A stretch of DNA of 56,063 bases, filler included, from Dugesia japonica (lineage: Eukaryota), in assembly GCA_001938525.1 (NCBI GenBank). It is 5 parts of 5 records of this genome, joined end to end, with 100 filler letters (N's around TTAATTAATTAA, not from the genome) between each part and the next. Parts side by side here need not be neighbours in the genome. Positions count along the whole stretch, not along the records: positions 44,328 to 56,063 come from MQRL01498615.1; 4 more parts are not named here. The stretch is one strand, 5' to 3'. Below, in pieces: positions 47,955 to 56,063 of the stretch. How positions within the stretch are numbered: the stretch's first letter is position 1; each line of letters begins with the position of its first letter. The notes under the pieces were generated by a model that had not been told where the DNA came from, searched no databases, and saw only the letters and a list, made by a program, of their open reading frames with translations. The position numbers were made by a program, and so were the translations under genes.

Positions 47955-48960
47955 ATGACCGAAAATCTTATTTGATTACCATTTAATGATTGTTGTACTT
48001 GCGAATTTCGAAATGCAGTGGCCTATAACAAAGCTAAAGATTTGCTTGATGTCGGTTATGTAAAAAGTGTTACTTGTGCAGATAAAAAATTTGTAATGTT
48101 ATACTGTTTTAAGCTGAATACTCGTATGACAAATACTGAACCAAAATCTTTCGGTATTCCATCTATTGATATATTTGATAAAGATGCTAATGATAAAAAA
48201 AATAAAACGAAAATGCATGGCATGAGGTATTGGCTTGTGGGGATAAAGGCAGTGCAATGGCTTTAATTAAGTCAAATTTCCCAGAAACGTATTTATGTAA
48301 GAAAAAAGTAATAAATGAAAATTTAGACTCAGAATACGGCCATGTTAACAAATCATATTTTAAGACGTTTAATCGGCCTACTTTAAATGTTTGGGATGGC
48401 AAAGCATACATTTTAATTGGTCCATCGAACTACGGGAAAACGGAATATGCTTTACATCACTTCCAGAAATGTGTTCATATTAAAGGTATCCAAAGCTTTG
48501 GTCGAATCTCAAATAATCCAGATATATGTGATGGTATTGTTATAGATGACTTGCCGTTAAATAAACTTCCAACTAATGAATTATTGGGGATTCTGGACGT
48601 TACTAGAGAGAACTTATTAATATAAAGTACAGAGTCGGTTATATTCTAGCTTTTTTGCCACGAATAGAATGTTTAAATACCATTAATCAACTTTATCCTC
48701 ACAAGTGCTCAATTGAAATTACTCAAGCTATAGCTAGGCGAGTTGTAGTACATGAAATCAAAGAAAAATTATATGATATTGCTATTGATGTTAATAATTT
48801 ACAGGTTCCACAGAGGAACAAATACAAGCCAAGGAGTGGTTTATTAACCGACACTGGTACTGCGAAGCAGGATGTTCCGAAGACGAGAGAAACATCTGGA
48901 ATGGAATCTTCAAGCATAAATGGATTAAACAATGTTATTGCGAGTCCAAATGCCAATTAA
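47955..48960 (+). pseudogene. CRESS-DNA-virus Rep-like SF3 helicase remnant
   Basis: Walker A WDGKAYILIGPSNYGKTEYA, Walker B DGIVIDDL and motif C-like PRIECLN, spread over three frameshifted ORFs. No clear HUH motifs recognised. Confidence 0.65.
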
Positions 48961-49254
48961 GTACCTTGCATAAAGAAACTTGTTACTATTTTATGAAATA
49001 TTATTGAGAAGCATGCGAGGATAAATTGGCGAAGGCTCGTTTATTTTTAAAGCCACATTATAATAAAAATGCTCGTTAATTGTTATTATTGTCATTAAAT
49101 GTTGTACTTGTTTTATTAATGCATGGAAATAAAAATTATTTGAAATTTACTTTACTTAGTATTTTTGCTTTATTATTTACTTTAGTTATTAATATTTTAA
49201 CAGTTGCTTACATTTTGGAATATAATTTATTAGTTTTAAATAAATCTGTATTGC

Positions 49255-49536
49255 ATGTTCACCGTCATTAATGACCTTACTGAGTTTACTTATAAACTTA
49301 TTTCTCAGTGTAATTTCCATTATAATAATCATTTTTATAACCAAATCCGGAATATTTATGAAAGACATAACATGGTGGTCGATGAAGAAATTAATTTCAT
49401 TGACGAAAAACTTATTGCACTTCATTTGGTCCTATCAGGGACAGGTGGTAAAACGAATGGAATTATATTTGTCGGGCCACCCGGAGCCGGTAAATCCTTA
49501 TTTATGTCGATCATCTCCTCAACGTTACAACTGTAA
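49255..49536 (+). pseudogene. Truncated NS1-like SF3 helicase fragment
   Basis: VLSGTGGKTNGIIFVGPPGAGKSLFMSII (K.N.hhh.GPP..GKS context); ends just after Walker A. Confidence 0.55.
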
Positions 49537-52330
49537 ATTGATATTGATTAAANCTTTTTGAAAGTAATTGTATCATTTCATAACATAAAGAATACTATAT
49601 ACCTTACATATAATTTGATATTCTTTATATAAATAAATAACTTAAGATAGAGGCAATTTTCTATAATACTAGATAATTTTCATAACTTATACTCCAACAG
49701 TTGTTGACTTCGGTTAGTTAAAATCAGTAAACGATCTTAATAAATTGGAGAATACAGGGGCCAATTTTCATAAGTTTAGATATCTTATTTAAAAAACTTG
49801 ATTTATTTGTCAATACTAAAAATATAAGTAGAATTATGAAAAAATCGATTTTTCAACTGTACAGTTCAAAATATTGAATGATTTGCATTAGATTTATAAA
49901 GCCAAGAAAAGTTGATCTTTCAACTGTTTGTTTTAAAATTTTTAACTCTTAATTTAATTGGTTTATGTATCATTTAATTTTAAAGAAACAACAAAAAAAC
50001 CGTGAAATAAATGGTTTAAAAACGATTTTGACATTACAACAACAATGTCAAGATAAGCTCCAGGCTTTAATTGAATACTTAATTAATAAAATTCGATGAA
50101 AATCCGAAATTATTTCAAAATAAGAATTTAAAGAACTGAAAACACGAAACGATCTTAACAAATTGGAGAATTAAAATATTGGTGAGTAGAACCCAAGACC
50201 AAAGGCAAGAAACTGAAAGACGACTACTACGATTAGAAAACGCTACCTTCTGGTCTATCCAGCTCGACTTTTCAGTCTCGCTATCAGTTGAATTAGACGC
50301 TCAATTGGTTGTCAAGTCGTTCGATATCACGTAGTACAGTTCTTAAAAATACGGCGATAACATGAATATGTTTTACAGGGTTTATTACTTAAAAAAATCA
50401 TCTCATATAAGAATATTAAGACCACAATTGCTATATTTACAAGATATCCTTTTTGAAAGATGCCATTTAGTCTGAATCACATCAAAATTTCAATCCATTA
50501 TAGTCCACAAATAAATCTTATTGAATTTTTTGAAATGGAAACATTGCATAAAAGTTATATATTGTCAAACGAGTGTTCATCTAAAGAATTCAGTCAATTT
50601 CCGAAATTGATTGCAATGGATTTTATGAAAACATAAGAAATTATTTTTTTTAAGTCTATTGAGAGTGAATTTTTAGGAAATGTAATATGGTTAATGCTTA
50701 ATTTTTATGGATAGAATGAATCGAACAATCGTTCCTGATGAAGACTATGTCAAAATATTGAACAATCTAATAAAATACAAAAAAATTTAATCTTTGCATT
50801 TCAAAAAACTTTGTTTTATTTTTAGTCAATAGTTTATAGAAATTTGAAATTTTTTTATTTAATTTAGTTTAAATATACAAAAATTTATTTTATTTTATAA
50901 GACAATTTTTAAGTGGTAAACCGTGTATTATAAATATGTATTCTCTTGGTTTTGTTCTTAACACTTTTGATCATCGAATTAATGAGATTCATTATAGAAA
51001 CTTATTATAGCAATGATATATTGAAACCCAAAGTCACAGAGGCTCTCATTAACACACCTATCGGTAGATGTATCAAATTAGTTGTATTTATTTATGCTTA
51101 GAACATTCATGACCCCAACCACAACTATAACATAAATTATTGATAATATTTCGAAGAATCTTTTCTACCGATTTAATTATCCTCTCTCTCAGATTCTGAT
51201 TCAAGTATCACAAAGATACAATCTCTGAAATTCTAGAGTGAGTTTTGTGAACCTCGGATATTTTCTAACTCCAATCCCTTTTCTTAACTTGTTGCAATGG
51301 CTGGGACGTTGTCTACTAAAACTTCTTCATTTTATTTAAGGAAGTTAATGATGCGATCCAGAAAAATATATTACAAAGAAACAGAGTATATATACATAAA
51401 AATCAAATAACATGCATTAAAAAAGACTAAACATTAACAGGCTATCTACACAATAGCATTTAACCCCAATAAATCAGGATCTTAACTAAGCAGACTTTAA
51501 TTCGTTGCTCAATAAATAACAATTACCATTATTTCAACAAAAAACTATCAGTTAATTACAGAAAAATTCTTATTGTCTAATCAGATTGACGTGCTCATCT
51601 GATCAATTATTTGACTGTATAATTATATAATTTGGACTACAGAATCAAGTGTTTATGCCCAACGAACATTCTTTTGACAATTACTGTCACATTTGATTTT
51701 ATTTTTAAAAACTTTATAGATATTATTGCATGAATACATCAGTTTTAAAAACAAAATTTTTATTTGTGTTTCATTTGTTTGTGTAAAATTAAAAATTTTA
51801 ACAAACAAATTTAAAAAGATCCATTAGTACTCTAAAATTAGACAGCTGGGCAGTAGCTAGAATTTATCATCAAACAACCAATAATCTAACCTGGTAATAA
51901 ATTATGAGTCAAGCAACATTGATTCATTAAGGCCAAACTCAAATTATCATGATTCCTAATATCCGGGTTGTTGTTATGGATATTATTATTGTTATTACCA
52001 TTAATATTAATCTCATGATTATTACAATGGTTATTACTGCCGTCTCCATCATCGTTATGGTTGTTATTCCCTATGATTGCGAGTACCTTTACTATTAGGA
52101 TCATCATTATGTTTCTGACTCCCATTGCTAGTTTTTTGGGATAATAATGGTCTTGGGTTCCTAATGGTTTTGTGAGCGTATTTTTGGTAAGGGTTCCCAT
52201 AATTATAGTCTATCACTAATTTTATCATTAAACCAGGGGTTCTCGTGGCCTTTTCACCCCACACAGTTGACATCTACAGTTGAGATTTTATTTTATATTT
52301 TTATTCTAGCACCATGCTCAAGATTCTATT

Positions 52331-53484
52331 TGTCACGCTACAAGTGATTGGTCGCGAAAGAAAGGGCGCGAAACGACGGCAGTTGATCGCCCATTTGCTA
52401 TTCTCAGAGAAGATCGAGCATCTAGATGAAACAGATCTGGCATGTTTTGCCGTGATGTTTCCCATGACATCCCCGAATGAAGACTAACGAGATATTTACT
52501 AACATGTCTTTTAGGTTCTAACAATAAATTCATGTTACTTCCTCTACTTAATTAATTTGTCTTGTTATAATTAATTTATAATTTTATTCTATTCATTCTC
52601 GTATTGATATATAACTATGATTCTCTTCTAGTAACCAAGTTTAGATGGCGATGAGTCTTAGACAAGTCCACCAGTCAAATGGTGTTCCTACACCAGAAAA
52701 AATCCCTATAACCAGGATGCAGGCATCCTGACCGATAGATCCAATTTAGCACAGCCCAAGATTCCAGCGTCGCCTTGGATACGGCAAAGTGCTGGTTATA
52801 TCACCATTGACCTGACCATGGACAAGTGGTGGAGAGTATCAATCCCCACCTTCCTCACCTGACATGGACGACTATCTACGAAATTGCTAATTAACTGTAA
52901 TAAAATAAAATAATTATTAATTAGTGTTCGCTTCAGTTTTATTCTTCCGACGATTTAATTTTGTCAATATTAAAGTTATAGTTTATTCGTATTTATTACT
53001 ATTGAATTTATGTTTACCTGGTTTTCATGGATTAGTTGAAATGTTTTGTCAATACCTCGTCTATTTGTATTTATCATTAACCTCTTTCAGTGAATTCCTC
53101 CCGCTCTCAATTAAAATAAAAAATTGCGATCTGATAGAAATGATATCGAGATGACCTTTGATTAATATCGCCTAGCCAAACGAAAATGGGAGGCGGACGT
53201 TGCAACAGAACAGGCTATATAAAAGTCGTTGTCGAGAGTATCGATTAGAGACAGACTCCTTGCATGAGCAGGAACGATCATGGGAAACAGCTCAAAACCT
53301 TTGCGGACATCATTCGCTCGCTACATGATCGAGAGAGTAAGCTTGTCGCGGATATCTTGAATTTGTGTAAACAGGTGCCACTAGACCCACTCTTTATAGA
53401 TAAATCCACACAGACTCCTCGAGTATAAATAACTTTATATATTGCTGTCATAACAAATATAAGTTCTAGAATAATATTGTTACA
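52331..53484 (+). mobile_element. Possible LTR-retrotransposon remnants
   Basis: TGT start at 52331, PBS-like TGGCGATGAG near 52646, RT-like YITIDLT near 52800, and a purine tract GGGAGGCGGA near 53188 followed by a TATA-containing segment ending TTACA. All signals are weak. Confidence 0.3.
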
Positions 53485-54473
53485 TCTTTCTGAGTTACTT
53501 AACTGATTATTTTTTAATCTAATAAATTATTATTATTTTATGAGTTAACTGCTCTTCTAACTATCATTTCTATTCATTGTAACGAGTTCATCTTCCTTAA
53601 AATATTCGGCGTTGTCACAAGTTAATCCAAAAATTTATAATTCATTTATAATTCAGAAATCGAAGCTCCGAACCTTGTCAAATTAAACCGACATCAATCC
53701 AATTGTGCTCTATACAAATCCTCCAACTCGGTTCAGAACTCCCCTCAGTTAATTCTAGTTGTTATTTCCAATTTTAGGATCATATTTTCAAGTAATTATT
53801 TTGTCAGTTTAGTTTCATGTAAAACGTTATATTTAATTTTTAAAAAAAATATATATATATATGATTGTTGTAAAATTAATTAATTATACTTTCATCGATT
53901 TGACTCTAATAAAAATAATGCTTATATTTTTGGTTGGAAGTTATAACCTGCTAACCCCAAACAGATTAGTATAAGAGTTACTAAAATAAACTAAGTGTAG
54001 ATTGAACTAACTGAAAGCATGATTTGGATATTTTTAGAATCTTATAAATCACATTGCCGTGATTAAAATTATAAATAAATATGAACAGCTGGCCCATAAC
54101 TATTCAGCAATTTACATTCTGAAAAACAACATGATAACTTACAATAATTTTTCTGCCAACTTATGAATTCTAATTGCCGAAACTGAGTATTTATCCAATG
54201 AAATTCATAATCCATTAATTAAGAGATGAATGAACGAACGCATTCCAAATTTATTAAATTCCATAACATTAAGTCGTAAATCATATCAATATCCAACAAA
54301 ACTGTGAGTAATCTCCCATATCTTTTCTGCACGATCCCAATTCCTAATGTTACACTCTGGAGTACCGTAATAACTCATGTAGTTAATAATCAGTGCCCAC
54401 GTAGTTAGAATTAGAATCTTGATGAAAAATGACTATCGAAGAAATCAATAATCCTGCAAACAATAAGTAATAA

Positions 54474-54503
54474 CTAGAAAAGCGTGGGCTTCGCCAAAAT
54501 CGC
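54474..54503 (-). mobile_element. Possible degenerate Helitron 3' end
   Basis: On the - strand GGCGAAGCC hairpin, then CACGCTTTT, CTAG and T. Confidence 0.3.
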
Positions 54504-56063
54504 AAATTTCTGCATCCCTAAAAACCATGATTCAATTATGCCATGAACGACGCTAACATACCCGCATATCGAGTTCGAATGCAACAAAAAGCTAATCACA
54601 CACACCAACGCAAGATTTTACTAACCGGATTCAGTGTGTATATTTTTGACCTTGGGAGTAACCAAGGGCAACAGAGCAATTACAATAATTTTAAATTATA
54701 AAATCATGGCTACAATGGGTATAGGGCTAATTAAAGAATATTTAACTGAATTACAATCTGTTACCCTGTAAATAGATCCATTTCTTAATACGGTGCATTA
54801 TGGTCATCCATTAGAGATCTAATATGCACCTGAAATCCTATAGTATTAACCCTATGATAATAATAATAACCCTGGATTATTATTACTATTGATGATAGTA
54901 AAAATCCTATGTTATTAATATTCATGATAATAATAATGACCCTATATTATTAATACTAATAGTAATAATACAAATTATATATTGTTGATACTAATGTTGA
55001 TGGTAATGTTAATAGTAGTAAAAATAACACTAATAATCAGGATACATAACACTACTAATATTAATAATAATGGCGGTAATAAATTGTGTTATCAATTCGG
55101 TTAATGATAATGAATAATACTAATGCTGTGGGAATTAATAACAATAAGTATCCCTGATATTAACGGTAGGGGAATCTTAATAATAATAGTATATAGTTTG
55201 ATTTTAACCGATATTAGGCATAATGAGAATGATGTGAATGATAATAAATGGTTCGAGGAAGAGTGATGACGATGCCAGTAAGTAATACTGATAATGGCGA
55301 TAAAAATAATAAATGATAGTAATATTAATAAGAATAGTGACAATCACGTCAAATAATAGACCGTCTATAAACTTCCCTGTCTCACCTCTCTCTCTAAATA
55401 ATTATACATTTGACATGCTAATTAGCAGTAACGATTTTATTTCAGCAATGACCGCCCGCTTNNNNNNNNNNNNNNNNNNNNNNNNNNNNNNNNNNNNNNN
55501 NNNNNNNNNNNNNNNNNNNNNNNNNNNNNNNNNNNNNNNNNNNNNNNNNNNNNNNNNNGACGAAACGGATCTCCAATGTTTCGTCGAAATGTTCCCGATG
55601 GAACATCAGGTGGATATAGACGAGGAGTAATCCTGTTTTCCCAATCGAGCTTCGGTTACCTGAATCTGTGTCACAATACCAAAACATTAAGCTAATTTTG
55701 ATTTAGTCAATCTAAAATAAAAGTGCACGATTATTATGCGTTTTCTTTTGTTTATTTGTTGCTTATGATCTTTTCTAATTCCCTTAGTATTTTCCAGAAT
55801 TTGGCACCATGGAATTTAAGTGGGAAGTCTTGCGCGAGCGTTATACCGGCAGGATAATATTCCAGCGGTATCGTAATCCATACGACCGTAATGCGGCTGC
55901 CACCATAGACTTCGCAACTTTATCGCCCGAAGAGGCAGAACAGGAACGATAGTGGGCGGCCTTCATGCGTCAGGCCTATTATGAGTGGCACGGTCCCGAT
56001 CGTAAACGCGAGGTAATGCATCAGGTCACATTGATTGACCCCATAACCAATCACGTGACCACC

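Noticed and set aside
51886-52273. Asn-rich ORFs; also 55101..55343
   Set aside because: Low-complexity trinucleotide-type sequence with no identifiable domain.
55559-56063. BEL/Pao-like peptide (DLQCFVEMF) and PBS-like TGGCACC near 55802
   Set aside because: Too short and degenerate to support without a search.

Overview
Very AT-rich eukaryotic (probably invertebrate) draft-assembly sequence. Four artificial 100-bp spacers (44 N + TTAATTAATTAA + 44 N) join five segments whose real adjacency is unknown. The main content is two divergent, partly decayed Polinton/Maverick (adintovirus-like) endogenous viruses. Element 1 spans about 777-12731 with all genes on the - strand. Element 2 spans about 23147-35707 in a convergent layout. 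Both carry protein-primed PolB, a packaging ATPase, an adenain-like protease, major and minor capsid genes, an adenovirus pX-like protein, a 2-TM protein and a fibre-like protein; only the 3' end of the major capsid gene (element 1) and of PolB (element 2) is present. The most notable feature, shared by both elements, is one ORF fusing a zinc finger, a parvovirus-type PLA2 domain and the RVE integrase, with adenain-consensus (M/I/L)xGx|G sites at the PLA2/integrase junction. This suggests a protease-processed entry-plus-integration polyprotein (inference). The other segments hold 3' exons of a host IGHMBP2-like gene, coiled-coil exons of a KIF21-like kinesin, decayed hAT and mariner transposases, MITEs, Helitron-like ends, weak LTR-retroelement remnants and three degraded ssDNA-virus-type SF3 helicase fragments. 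All assignments come from motif recognition by eye; no database searches were run.
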